In this document: piece by piece, positions 40,294 to 56,600 of the stretch
Layout: every line of letters starts with the position of its first letter
Position numbering within the stretch: the first letter of the stretch is position 1
Assembly (NCBI RefSeq): GCF_009914755.1
Contig: NC_060932.1
DNA length: 64,000 nucleotides
Reading direction: 5' to 3' (one strand)
Source of the DNA: the human T2T-CHM13v2.0 reference genome, Homo sapiens
Position numbers and translations under genes: made by a program
The notes under the pieces: generated by a model
What the model was told of the DNA's origin: nothing
What the model saw: the letters and a program-made list of their open reading frames with translations, nothing else
Database searches by the model: none

Positions 40294-43200
40294 TATCAAT
40301 CTGCTTATTTAATTACATGGTTTGGACATAGAAATGTATATTTCCCTCTGTAACTCAAATATTAAAGTCCTGGGTCATTCTGAATGTGGAATAAATATCT
40401 CCTGTAAATATTTTAATTTATATTAGCAAGTTAACGAAGTGTTTCTATCAAGTGCCTGTGTGGGAGGAGTAGAATATGTTGAGTAATGATTTCTTAATTA
40501 AATTAAACAATGCCATATATTTCTACATGACATCTTGTACCAGTGGACACTCAATAAAAATTAGTTCAATGAGAAAAATGATATATTACAAAATATAAAT
40601 GAAGTTAGAATTATGCAAAAATATATATTATTGCTCACACATAATCAAGGCCAGAGAATTGGATATTTTATTTAAAATAGCATTTTAAAACTATATAGGT
40701 GATTTATATTCAAAACTTAAAATGCCTGAGGCTGTTCTGTTTTCCGGCATGTGAGTCATCTAAAATCAGGAGATGGAAATTCAGGGGGTATGATGTTAAA
40801 TAATGCATGAGTGATATAATCTTATTGTGTATCTCATTAGTAAAATGCTACAGGAAACTAATTTTTTTTAAAGGAAAGCTTTCTTTTCTTAGACACCATT
40901 TTTCAGCATCATCACATTTAAAGAGTCAATTTTCAGACAACCTGATGGGAAATCATATGAAGTTATAATGCAGTACAGACAGTTGATATTGTGTAGATCA
41001 AAAGGAAAATCATGAATCTCATTTCTGATTCAAGCTTTAGTCTCTTTCCCTCTCTTTATTTCCCTTCTTTTTAATCTTCTGCAACAAACAATTTTAAATC
41101 TCTTCCACCTAATAAAATGTAGATTACCACCTCTTGGGTTCAGAGTTATTAAAGGAGTTTTATTAGCTTTTGAACTACGCAGCATTCTGGTAAGGAACTG
41201 GTTATATAAATAATCATCTTTTTCTTTATCTCTTGGCTTCCACCTATAATTAATGATCTCCATCACCTTATCTTACACACAACCATTTCTTCATAAACAA
41301 ATATGTGGTCTGGTGCAGATGCAGCTGAGTGTCCTAAGAAGCCAATATAGCAATCTTACCGCATTTTAAAGCCTGCAATTTCATGCCTAACACTTGGCCT
41401 TGTAACCATGGTATCTGCAGTGAGATGCTGGATCCAGAAGCATCAAACAGAAGGATTATTTCTTGGGTATGTTGTACACAGTCAAGAACTCTAAAGAGGA
41501 CAAATTTTCAGAGCAAGTAAGAAGACTGTGTGTAATAAAAACATGTACGTTATTTAAAAATATTGTTTAGAGAATGTATTTGAAGCTCTTATGAGAAAAA
41601 TAGTTATTAGCAAGATAGTATACCCTATATGTGATCATTAGTTGTTACAGTTTCTCTTCAAATAAAAATATATTAGCTGAATTTCCTTATGTCTCTATAT
41701 TCAGAAAAAGAGGTGCCCCAAGGAGTAACTGAATTGTATTTTATCAATTTGTAAATTATGATATGCTTATGCACACATACACGTAAATGCAAACATATAA
41801 ATGTATTTTTTGAAATAATATTAACCTTTTTCAGATTTCAAAGCATTTGAAAAAAAATTCCAGTATGTTAATTAGACTCTGTTGGATATTTATTTTTATT
41901 TTTTGCTGCTTAGCACATATTTCGCCTTTGTAACAGCTTTCCAGTCTACCTTTAGGAATGGTTTCCACTCATTTTGTAGAGGTTTGGTAGGGTAATTAAT
42001 CTAGGTGCTCTACCTACAATTAACAGAAACCAGAGGGGTCATTACAAACTCCTTCAGCCAAATATCCCATATCAATTGCCTTGTTTTCTCCGAAATTCAA
42101 CTAGGGCGAACAGTAAGATGATCTAATCTTAAGCAATAAGACTAACTCTCAGGTTATGAATATTATCTCTTACAAGAGATTGAAACATAGACCAAATTTT
42201 GTTTGTTCATTCATTTGTATCCTTTCCCAGTTTTCCTGGCTTAAAGCTTGAGACTTAATTTTTACAATAATTAAAAGACCCCTTCAATGAACTTAACTAA
42301 ACCAGATGCAATCTATTCAGGAGGGAATTTTAACTACTTCCTTGGGGAGCAAAAATGTAATAATAATTTTAAAAGCTGCCTTGTGATTTAAAGTAATGCC
42401 CATCAGTTCTTCTTCTTCTTTTTTTTTTTTTTTGCTCTCTTTTGTATTATTCATGGGTGTTATAATAGAAAAGAAAAGATGGAGAATTTCTGTCGTGGAT
42501 CACAGGTCTCTGTTACTGCCATCTGAAGACAATATCTGTCTGGAGACCATTTATGAAATGAGATACCCAGGAGTTATTCCAGGATGCTTTGAAACTGTAT
42601 GGGGTCAGAGGCTGGGGCTGTGATAGCTGAGCCTAACCAGGCTTATGTCAATAGGTTGTTGCCTGAAATATTCTATTAGACACCATTCTCTGAATCTTCT
42701 GTAAGAACCACGATTCTAAAAAAAAAATCTTCTTTAAGAGTATTTATATTATTAATTACAGAGAAAACTTGTGGTTTTTCTTTGGTTCAGTTTTGTAAAA
42801 AAAAATGACTGAAAGTCCTGTATTCTAAGCTCTAAGCTATTATTGACTCAGACCAAGAACAAGGAATATTCTTGTTTCACCTTGGATAAGTGGCTTAACT
42901 TGGACCTTAGTTTCCTTACCTGTAATAAAACCCAGGCTAATTATCCATATAACAATATGTTTGGCCCATGAGTTAAAAAGCACTTTGCGTTTTCTAGTTA
43001 AAATGAAATATGTGGTATGTAGTAAGATTAAACAATAATATAATGATTATTAATCATTTTTGTAATTTAATTATGCAATATACATGACTAATCATTATAA
43101 TTTAAAGGGTATAGTAAGCAAGTAGAATAACTATTGTTATAGTTATATATTCCAATAACTATATTGGAAGAATAGCTATATTGCAAGTATAATGGAACAT

Positions 43201-45316
43201 CAGGTATAGGTTAAAAGGTATATATTAAAATTACTCATAAGTGTCCTGGAAATATATTAAATATTACTGAATATGCCTTTAATGCAATTAGTTTCAGAGT
43301 TTTATATGTAAAAGGCAGTCATTTCCCTCCTCTTGTAGCAAGCAAGGAAGCTTTCTCTTGTTTTCCCTATCTTCTTTTTCCAGCTGAGTGTATATTTTTG
43401 AGTGTTCTGCATGTTTTTATTCAAGTCTTCTAAAAAGGGAACAGGAAGAGATCTGAGGCTTTTGGAAGGACAGACAGGGTCAACTCTCCTGGTAGAATCT
43501 TTAATGCTAGTCCTCATTTGAGCAAGCCATTTAAATATAGGCAATTTATATCATGCTAGCATCCACTCTGTAATTGCCTGATTTCTGGATGAGTTTATCT
43601 GCATGATGTCAAAAAAGGTTAGAATTTTTTAAAATTTATTTTGGCAAAAGGGAAATAGTTAATAAGAGTTTATGATCCAGCATTCCCTATGGTTCTTGCT
43701 GCTTGATACTGGAAGAGACAATTATTAACTTTTTTTCTCTGCCATGGCACATAAGGGAAATGATATCTGCTCACTCATTTACTAATTTATTCATTTAGCA
43801 ATTATATGGGTTGTGGTCATGCTTTATGTTTATCCAGTGGATGAAATCTACAATTATGAAATCTCCACAGGGCTATCATCAATGCCTTCCCTGGTAGGAA
43901 GATAAGTTCCCAGTATTCCAAACTGAATCTTGTGTTATAACTGTTGATCCTGTTTTCAGTCGAGTTCACTAAACAAAAATTATCCTGAACCTAATTTGCT
44001 GAATTAATTTTACCTAGAATATTTTTAAGCCTACTCCAGGAAACGAACTGACATTTAAACATCTTTCAATCAGAAAAGATGTTCCAGATTCCAGACAAAG
44101 GACTCAGAGTTAAACTTTGTAATGCAACTTAGCTGTAATTTAGGGTCTGGCTCTTCTAAGAAACAGACTACAGAGATCATCATATTATGACAGGAGTAAT
44201 AAGAATAATGTAAGTTATATTTTCTTGCTTTACTCTCTTGAAATCCCTAACCCACATTAAGAGTAGTGTTTGATGAAAATCACTGAACCAAAAAAAAAAA
44301 AAAAAAAGAATTTGAAATGCAAGTGTCATTTGTAATGCCTTTAAGGAATTACTCCTTAATCCCATGCTTGTAAATAACTCCTGGCAACATCATTAAGAAT
44401 TAAGCGTGTCTCTGGAGAAGGACTTAAGCAATCTGAGGTGACAGCACCATAGCTGGATCTGCTATTATGTATTATGCTGAATCATAGCTAGGAAGTGCAT
44501 CAGAGCTGAGAATGCTGGGTAAAAACTGCAGACAATGCATCTATCTGGAGGTATTAGCATGGCTCCTTGGAGAGGTGGTCATATGCAGTGAGATGGGGAG
44601 GAAGGGAAATAGGAACTGAAAAAGGAGACGAAACAAGAGCAGATGTGGTAAAACAGAGTTGGCTGCACATCAAGAGGCAGTTGCGCAGGGCTACAAAGAA
44701 TGTATTGATCTCTTAACCTGTTTCTATTCATTTTGCCATCAGGTGGTCTTAAGAGTAAAACTGTATGAAACCATTCTTTTTGTTTGATAGGGACCAGTGT
44801 GGTCACAATCACTTTTGACCTCAGGTATATCTAGGGGATTCAAAATTGCACATGCATTCATTAGGCTGGAGGGATACTTCTAAAGATGAATGTATGAGAA
44901 TTGCTAAATTAGTGCTATAAACTTTACCTGCTACGGAAGCCCAGAGCAAACTGCCATCTAAGCAAGATTAACTTGCAAGCAGTGCTTAAATTGAGGCTTC
45001 AAGGAAGGATATTATTTAGGCTGCAGAGGACAATAGGCTATTCTAAAGATATGACACTGAGTAAAGTTCTGAGGTGTAATATGTAGATTGAATTTGGGAG
45101 ATAATAAGGCCATCATTTTGATATACCAGAATTCCTCTGGACAAGAAACTAGTATTCCTTTTTTGGCTATATTTTGGTAATTTTTAGTTTTCTCAAATTT
45201 CTCCTTCCAGTTACAATGGCTTATCCTCTGCAATCTGAAAAGTAGACTTGCAAGTAAATAAATTTTAGTTAATTAATTATTTATTCATTAATCGTTAATT
45301 TATTCAACTTGGAATG

Positions 45317-45723
45317 TGTGAGGGTCAGTTTTATGCTTCAGTTTGACTACGGTTTAATCACTAGTTGTTTATTCAAACACTAATCTTGGTGTTACTGTGA
45401 AAGTATTTTGCTGATGTGATAAGAGTATATAATTAGTTTATTGTAAGTAAGATTGTCCAGATAATCTGGGAAGACTTAATCAAGCCACTGAAAGGCCTTA
45501 AGAGCATAACTAGCTTCCCAGAAGAAATTCTGTCTCTGGATAGCAGCCTCAGTTTATGCCTGAAGGTTCCAGCCTACCTTTCCTGATGGCTGATTTCAGG
45601 CTTTAGATTTACCTAATCTGCTCATAAATCACGTTAACCAATTTCTTGCAATAAATCTTTACATATGTATGGATATATGTATCCCATTGGTTCTGTTTTT
45701 CTGGTGGAACCCTGACTGACACA
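45317..45723 (+). mobile_element. ERVL solo LTR (MLT2-like)
   Basis: TG...CA termini, AATAAA, CCCATTGGTTCTGTTTTTCTGGTGGAACCCTGACTGACACA; perfect 5-bp TSD GAATG (45312-45316, 45724-45728). Confidence 0.88.
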
Positions 45724-45734
45724 GAATGCCTTAA

Positions 45735-47297
<1,563 letters not shown>

Positions 47298-47620
47298 GAA
47301 AATTAAAGTTTTGTTTGTTTGTTTGTTTTTAAAGACTAGATCTACTGAGAGTGCATGGGGTAGATGGCAGGCAGAATGTATTAAATTCCCTCTGTTGACA
47401 GCAAATATGCCTGAGATGTTGATTGGTGTTTATTCAAATGAGAGATTTAGGATTTAGTTTTATATAATTTGAGATAGAGGATAGAGTATGAGATTCCCAC
47501 TGAAAGAAGTAAGGGGCCTGAGAAATCGGAGTCAAAATTGTAGTTAACATCTGTTAGAAAAAAAACTAATGATTGATAATATACTCAGGATACCAAGTCT
47601 GAGTGCATTCAAAGTAGGGG

Positions 47621-48990
47621 GGTTTGCATCTCCATAATGATTAGAGATGTTGAGCATTTTTTCATGTGTCCGTACATCATTCATATGTCTTTTGAGAAAT
47701 GTCTATTCAGGCCCCTTTCCCATTTCTTAGTCAAATCATTTGTTTTCTTTCTATAGAGTTATTTGAGTTCTTTATATATTTGAATACTAATTTCTTATCA
47801 AATGTATGGCCACAAATATTTTCCCCCACCCCATAAGTTTCTGCACTCTGTTAACTGTTTCCTTTGATGTGCAGAAGTTTTTAATTTTGATGTAATCTCA
47901 TTTATGTTTCTTTGCTTTTGTTGCCTGCACTTTTGAAGTCAAATCTAAAAAAAAAAAATCATTACCCAGGCCAATGTCATATAGTTTCTCCTCTATATTT
48001 TCTTCTAGTAGTTTTATAGTTTCAGGCCTTATGTTGAAGTGTTTAATGCATTTTGAGGGTTTTTTTCTATATGGTGTGACATAAGAGTCCAAATTCATTT
48101 TTTTTTTGCATATTGACAGTTGTCCCAATACCATTTATTGAAAAGACTATCTTTTTCTCATTATACATTCTTGGCACATTTGTTAGAAGTTAACTGGCTA
48201 TAGATGTGTGAGTTTGTCTCTGGACTCTCCATTTTGTTCCATTGGTTAATGTGTCCTTTTTTATGCCAGTACCATGCTGTTGTAATTTCTATTGCTTTGT
48301 AGTATAGTTTAAAATCAGATAGTGTGATGGCTCCAGTTTTGTTCTTTCTGTTCACGATTGTATTGGCTCTTTGTTTATTTTTTGTGGTTCCATATGACAA
48401 TAGTCAAGTTATGGAATTAACTTAAATGTTCAACAAGGAATTAATGGATTAAAAATGTGATTTATATACACAGAGGTATACTATTCAGCCCTAAACAATA
48501 AATATATTCTGTCATTTGCAATAACATGAATAGAACTGGAGAATATTATGCTAAGTGAAATAAGCCAAACATAAAAAGATGAATACTGCATGTTTTAACT
48601 TCTATGTGGAATCTAAAACACTTGAACTCAATGAAGAGTAGAATTGTGCTTACTAAATCCTTGGGGTCAAGGGGAATGAGGAAACAATAGTCAAAGTGTA
48701 TAAAGCCTCAGTTATATAGGAGAAATAAGTTTGATTTTTTAATATTGATAGCATAGCATGGTGAATATTGCTGGTAATTGAGTGCTGCACATCTTAGTAT
48801 CACTGAGAGTAAACTTCTCATGTTCTCATCATGAATAATGTTAAGTATTTGAGGTGCTAGATATGTTAATTAGTTTAATCATTCCATGTTGTATTAAAAA
48901 TCATAACATGATTTTGTACTTCATAATAAATACAACTATCATTTGTCAATATAAAATATAATTTTAAAACAATAATAAAGATAAAAAGAA
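47621..48990. mobile_element. Old L1MA: minus-strand ORF2 segment (47621-48396) abutting plus-strand 3' end (48397-48990)
   Basis: Minus ORF fragments 47898-48134 and 48161-48400; switch at GGTTCCATATGA|CAATAGTCAAG; L1MA 3' UTR with A-rich tail. Confidence 0.78.
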
Positions 48991-49655
48991 GCAAAATATC
49001 ACCGTAACGTAAAAGTCTTGGTGGCAGGTATTTTAGAGCAAGCTGGAGATAAAGTCAGAGCTAGAATAGATCAGAGGTGAAAAAAGCCGCAGTTGGTGTG
49101 GTTCCAGGAAGATTCGGATTGGCTTCAAGAGCCAAAGATGAGATACCATAAAAAGTACTAAGGCAGCTTTGGATGCCATAGCAATATATCGTAAATAAAA
49201 TAACAGATGGCTTAATCAAGCCAGCATGGAGCAGAATGGAAAATAATGACATAGAGGAAGGTAACATTAAAAAGGAAAACATATTTACATTTGCAGGAGA
49301 GTTAATGTGAATACAAGGAAATGGAAGTAATATGCCCCTGAAATCACAAAATATTTAACACACGAGACCAAATGTATACAGATATATGCCATTTTATAAA
49401 TCTTAACAGAGCAACGATCAGCTATGACTCAAATATTCTAATATTTTCTGATTTCAGTAAAATTGTAAACATTTTAACTATTGGACAGTGAGTTTAGACT
49501 GCTTTATTTAAATCTAATTTTTCTTTATTTTATTTTCTCTCCCTTTAAAAAAATTTACCAGCGCTCTATTTCCCAGTACTACACTAATTAAGAGTAAGCA
49601 TGCTAGTATATGGCCTTGATTCAGAGACGGTCTGCTTTTAAAAAAGTAGATCTTA

Positions 49656-49977
<322 letters not shown>

Positions 49978-50394
49978 CAGATCTTCTAAGAATTGAGTCA
50001 AGTTTCTTTACTCTCATTTTGACAAATCAAGGCAATCAGATTTCTGGAGCATCACCTCTTGTATGTGACTTCAAGGTTTTGTCCCTCAAACTATCAATAA
50101 TTTAGCAAAACATCTGGGAAAATGTGACAGACATTATATGTTTGGTGGTAGTCATCTATTTCACACCCTTTAAAAATGAAATAGGCCTAAAATTTAGCAA
50201 AAGGAATTGGGATTGGATGGTAGAAGGAATATTACATTTGCAAGGCATTGGTTGATGCTACTAAGGAAGAAGCATTTAAGAAAAGGTTATAAAACTTATT
50301 TTTCTGAGTTGGTTTAAGTCAAATTTAGTTTAGAAATGGGGTGTTTAACTCCTCCCCTCTTAAAGTATTTGGCTAACTATTAATACAATGTTTG

Positions 50395-50570
50395 ATATTT
50401 GGAGTCAGACAGACTAGCCTTCCAATGCTAGCTCTACTACATAGTAGCAAGGTGATATTGAAAAAATACTTGACTTCTAAACTCCTATTTTCTCACCTGT
50501 AAGATGGAAAGGGAGGGTGATAAGAGAGTCTACTTGCTCAGGTTCTTTTAAGTGATAAATGCAATTAAAA
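50395..50570 (+). mobile_element. MIR
   Basis: TTTGGAGTCAGACAGACTAG...CTAGCTCTACTAC...TTTCTCACCTGTAAGATGG. Confidence 0.65.
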
Positions 50571-53089
50571 GGCTAAATACTGCCACGTTTATTCTTCTGT
50601 TATTGTTACTGATGGACTCAACTACACTAGTTTAGCAGGTACATTTTATTTGGTTGACAGTTATCATGAACTAGAGTCTGGAAGAAAGAAGCATGTCTGC
50701 TGTTTGCAGTTCAGTATATTAAAATTTAAATATAGTCATGGTGTCACTGTAAAGTGTGTATGGTTCATATTAAAGCAGTTCTTACATCTCTACAAAAGGA
50801 TATACTGACAACAGGCAAATGATGTCCAGTGTGACACAGGCATAGGAGTACTGCCTTCTACATTGAGAATTTTTACAAAATTACCCTCAACCCCAGTGGA
50901 CCTTGGAAGCAGTCTTTCTGAGTAGATTATTTGTACAATACTTTACCATCTAGCTATGACTTCCTGAGGCCCTCAAGCTTGGTTTAATGGTATAAGTTTC
51001 AGGTCAGCCTGAGTGAGTAGGAGTTACACTTTAGAGCATTGGCAACCTCAGGCAACTGAAGCTATTCAGACGGACTGCATCTAAATGAGTGAATGCCCTT
51101 GTTAGGGTTTCAGAGCAGCTGTCACAGAGTCCTTACATTGAAATGAACAAACTTTATATGTTTAAAATGAGAGTATAATTTACCAGGAAGAGCAGCATAA
51201 AAACTGTAGCCAGAAAAGGATAAGAAAACATTTCTTTTGGCCTCAATAATATTATATCAATCATAGTGCATATTAAAAATAAATGCTATAAACCAAAGAG
51301 TGGATATCAGGAATAGTCACTACAGCGATGAAACGGCATATCTAAAATCCTTTCTCAGAAAATCCCCTTGCTTTAATAATCTGATGAGCAAGACATAAAA
51401 CCTTATTTGTTATCAACATTAAAAAAGCATTTGCAATATACCAAACTGCATTAAATATGTTCATTTAAAATAATTAAGCTAAAGTATATCATAATTACTA
51501 ATGAGCACCATATGAAAATAATAAAGAAATGGAGAGACCAATGGAGCAAAATTGAAATTTGAGGCATAAATATAAGTACTATGTATGCTTCATACCAGGC
51601 ATTATTTAGTATATGCTAGATCTGGCATTTCAAATTAATGAAAAAATGTGATTAATGGATTGGAAAGGGTATTGAAAATTGTATTTGCTTAGAAATAAAT
51701 GGAAAATTTTCTCATGATGTATCAAAATAAATTCCACATAGGTTACAGTTAATTTTTAATGGTGCCATAACAATAGAAAAAAAGTGAATATTTGTTTGAT
51801 TTTTGTTATGCAAAATTCTTTCAAATGATGGATAATAGTTTTAGAATTTTTTTTCCTTTTCCACATTTAATTCTTTTCTATCAAACATACTAAACAGATA
51901 GCTGGCTCTCTAGTATTCTGGGAAGGACTGTGGCACAGCAAAACATTAAAATCATTCACATCTATTGTGGAGTTTTTCTTTCTCTGTGGCCAATGCCCAG
52001 CTGGGAACATATTGATAGATAGTTTAAGGAGGAGGGAACTTTCACTCTGCTACTTTCATTTGCTTCTTTCCCTCTGAATACAGCCTGGGAACTGTGGCAC
52101 AACTCTGGAGAGCAGGCAAAGCTCTACAAGTAGAGTTTTCAGGCCAGTTAAGCAACTGAAAGAAAGGCAGCACAAAGGAAAAAAAATGCAGTATTTCCCT
52201 GTCTAAATATGGGGAAAACATTCTCTAGGTCACTAAATATTTTCTTAATTACTGAATACTATTTTATATTATATACTACATTTTATTTAATCATATACTA
52301 CATTTTATTTAATCATTTACCTATTTTTGAAAATTTAGTTGTCTTCAATTTGTATTATAATAAATGCTACTTTAAGAAATGATTACTTATTTTCAAACAT
52401 AGTCTCAATTATTTGCTTAAAATGAATTCCTACTTTTGCCAATCCAGAGTCAAAAGATATACATATTTTTAAGTCTCTTGATATATATGGGCATATTGCT
52501 TTATGGACAAGTTTTGCCAGTTTTGAAGCTGACACAAAATATGTGAGATGGCTACCTCATGATACCCCTGTCACCATTATCTTTTTTCTCCATTTTCTTC
52601 CAATTTAATGGGAAAAAGCTTATATTCTCATTATAGTTTGTATTTTTACTACCAGAAGTGATGCATCTTTTAAAAACATGCTTTTCTATTTGCATTGATT
52701 TTTATTTGGAAAGAAGTGTTCATTTTTTATGTGTTTAAATGCTTTTAATATTTTGTAAGAACTTTACATACATTAAAATATCACTTTGTCTATCACATTT
52801 GTTCCAAAAATATTCTGCATTAGCCTTCTACTTTTAGTTTTATTGTAATTTTTAAAATGAACATTAATTTTACATTTTGATGTAACCCATGCTATTTTTA
52901 ATTTCCTTTGCATTTTTTAAATTAATATGATTTAATTCCATTTTAATTTGTTTAAAAAGTTGCATATATTTTATTCTATATCTTTTATGTCCTCTGATTT
53001 TACTATCAATTCTAATTGATATGGAACTTACATTGATAGGTTACAGTCTAAAATAATTTTCCCTATTTATTTATTCAATATTTCTATGC

Positions 53090-53640
53090 TGACATCTATT
53101 ATCAGCTAGTCATGTGCTGTTTTCTGGGTCTAAAATGGTATAAGAGACTATGCTCTCAAACATTTTATTCCTTTAAGCATGTTCCCAAGAAATGAAGAAG
53201 AAATTATACTATGGTAATATAAATGCTATGATGGTACTGAAGATACTGTGCTGTGGGGAGTACACGCCTATGGGAAGTAAAGGGGGTTTCTTCTAGAATC
53301 CCAAGAGGTGTTGTCTAGGCTGAAACAAATAATATTTATGGAGCTTGTTTACCAAAAAATGACAGGAAGGAAATTCTATGAGAGGAGCAAAGTACACAGG
53401 AATGCCTGTAGTTGCTCATAAAAGAAGTCTGAAGGTGTATGAGAGCGTGGCCCATTTCAGGAGACTGAAATAGGTCAGTCTGGGTGATGCAAAGAATATG
53501 AAGAAAGTCACAGAATAAAAGCCAAGAATGGTAATCAAAAGGCAGATTGTGGAGAATTTCTTGAGAGCCTTAAGGAGATATGATTCATTTACCAATGGCA
53601 AAAAAACATTAAAGAATGTTGTAGGGATGAAGCATCTGAG
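53090..53640. mobile_element. Degenerate L2 fragment
   Basis: AT-rich TTTATTTATTCAATATT tail-like sequence just before, then CATGTGCTG...AAATGCTATGATGG...GGCAGATTGTGGAGAATTTCTTGAG pattern of the L2 3' region; approximate. Confidence 0.45.
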
Positions 53641-56600
53641 ATTGTTCATCAGCCTAAGTTTCTGAGGAGTGAAGCTGGACTAGAGAATCACACCCCACCT
53701 GTGACTTGTGACACCCATATTGGATTGCGCTGTGAGTGAAATACAAACGCTATTTCTGTTCAGCTACTAAAACATGAGGGTAATTACTAGAAAGCAAGCA
53801 GTTTGCTAGCCACACATAGTGAATAAAGAGTATTTCCATTGTTAAACTGCAAATCATTCATTCATTTTTCAAAATAGAATGACTGATTTTTAAATAAAAA
53901 TCTAAGTGGTAAGCCTTACTGTGATTGCAATAAATAAGATAGTATCTGAATTCTAGATATATAAACAGATTTGAGGGGATTTTACAGTGATGGGTGGAGG
54001 AAATGTTAAAAAGGAAAAGAAAGTTAAACTGTAAAATAACTTTATTTAAAAAATTGGTATCTGGAACTGAAGTTTGGGAGTTTTCTCTCTTTTTGGATAA
54101 TCTTCCCTTATGTTCAGTACCTAGTTTCAAACATGAATAAAATCACTTTAATGGTTAAGTAGTAAAATGAGTGTGGTGAAATAGTGAAATGAGTGAAAGT
54201 TTGCTTTCAAAATGATCAAATATATTATATATAAAATATATATAACATATACAATATACAATATAATATATAGTGAAGAAATATTTCAACTCTGCCTACC
54301 AAAGAACAAAAATTAAGTGTGTTATAAAATTGTATGCTTATATACAAAAATGGCTGTTTTTAAATTAAAGTTACCTGCACTGCTCAGGAGTAATAGTTAC
54401 TGAGAATGTTGATATAGTTTAGTAGAATTGCAGTACTTTAAGAACAAAGATATTTTTGACTGTTTTTCCTCTTCTCTCTAATTTTCTTCTGTTTATCTCT
54501 AAAGCTCTTACAAGAATTGAAATAAACCGTAAAACAATAAAAGACCCACTTTTAATATAACATTGCTATGATATTATACAAATAGTGCTTCACTTATTAA
54601 TAATCAATAATCTAAATGCCTAGTTTCAAATTTTAAAAGATGTACCTGAAACCATAATTTGAAAACCCAAATTCTTACTTTTCTTTGGGTTTCTTAGTGT
54701 TTTGTTTTGTTGGTTCTATCACCTAATAAATATAGTTATGAAAAATTAAGTGTTCAGGACTAAACTCTATTATCACAGTGTCCTTAATTAAACGAAATGG
54801 TAATGGGTGTCAATAGATTGTTTTATTTTTAGAAGGTGCTCATACTATCGATTGAAATGGTGGTTGAATGAAGAGTTTCCCTTTTTAGTGTCTACTAATA
54901 AGCAGTGTAAACAGAGAAGTCCACTGAGGTTCACAGATTGGGGAATAGGGTTGAAGTTTATGCCATTATCTGCAGAAACAAACTCTATAGGCAGAAGCAA
55001 TCAGCATAGATTAATTTAGCCTATGGAGTTGAGTTTCTGTTAAAATACTGCTCTACATTTCACCTCCATTTATAATTGCCCTACAGGTTATTATTTATTA
55101 TTGAGCATGATTACAAATTCTTAAGGAGAGTAGTGTAATTTATTTGAAATAATGCTCTACTATTGGGTGTGCTGTGTATTCAAATTCTTGAAATTACTAT
55201 TCTGACTTAACAGGGTAACAAGATATTATTCAAGACTCACTTCTTCTGGTTTTAACATCAATATATTCATTTATTTTTGTTAACACATTACCCTTATTTA
55301 TAGTCAACAAGAAAAATAGTTTTAAATTAAGTAAACTCTATGAATTAATATCTGAATAATTTGTACATCTGTTGTAAAAATAACTAAGCAAAGTGATTAG
55401 CTGGATATAATATGTAAAAAGCCATGAACTATTTTGGGCTATTAAGTCTTGCAGAAGTTTTCATCTGAATAAGATTTCTATAGTTGTTACAGAATGGGAA
55501 TCAACATTATATAAAATTTCTGCATCATATAGCTATTACAAGAATAATGTCCTGATTTTTTATATTGTAAAATGAAGTTTGCATAATGTATTATACATTA
55601 TTACTATCAGAAACAGACCCTGTGTTACCTAACAAAAAATTCGTTTAAAAAGTAAGGAAAGTATAGAATAAATAATCAGTAGAATTGAAGTGAATGCCTG
55701 TGGTATAACTTACATTAAACTAGGAAATATGCAGTATAAAATTTAGGTACTATGCATTGTTCCTTATAGTTGGAAAGACCAAGGTAATGCATGAAAAGTA
55801 ACTAGCTTAAGAAGACAAAGTAATAAATCACATAGTGACTGAATACAGTGGAAGTTCATAGAAAGGTAAGGTAAGTACAGTCTTTATTATTCAGAATATT
55901 TTATTAATCAGTTTTAACTTAATTTGGGGTGACAACACAGCACAATTATTGTTTGGATTATTAAAGAAAATGGTCCATGCTCACTTGTAAAAGATAAAGA
56001 ACATGTGCATTTTAGTCGATTGTAGCTTTGTCTGTTAATAGAATCAAAGGATGGATGAAACATGTTTTTCAGTGAGAAAAAAGTAGACTAAAGCAGGCAA
56101 GATTAGAGAAGACTTTAAAAAGTATGGAACAAATATATAAAAATCCATATGTATATATGTATGTATCCCTTTCTCTTTTTCTTACTCATTTCATAAGATT
56201 CTGAACTCCTGGGTTAATGGTGGAAAATCCTTTGTGAATGTTGACTTTGATTTATTTTTCCTCCAAAGACGTAGCCCTTTCCATCCTAAACCAGTTTTTC
56301 TTAATCACTTAAATAATGTATTCAGGAATGAATGATTTGTCTTTGGGCTTAAATTAACTGGTTGATTGATAGCATGGAAAGAAAGCTACCATTATTTAAA
56401 TATTATATTTTACATATGAGACCGGGCACATCACATGTTTTATAATATAAATCTTCATGGCAATGCTTAGCCATTAGGCATTTTTATAATTTAACATTAG
56501 GAATTATGAACATTTTAGAAATAAGTGATCAAGCAAATCCAGTCGCCTTTAATGCCAAAGTCTATGGTTTTTAATTTTTTTTTATAATCAAGCTGCCATG

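Noticed and set aside
43302-43544. 80-aa minus-strand ORF in apparently unique DNA
   Set aside because: No recognisable domain, non-ATG start and no convincing splice boundaries.
52271-52314. 22-bp direct repeat ATATACTACATTTTATTTAATC x2
   Set aside because: Ordinary slippage duplication with no spacers; not CRISPR-like.
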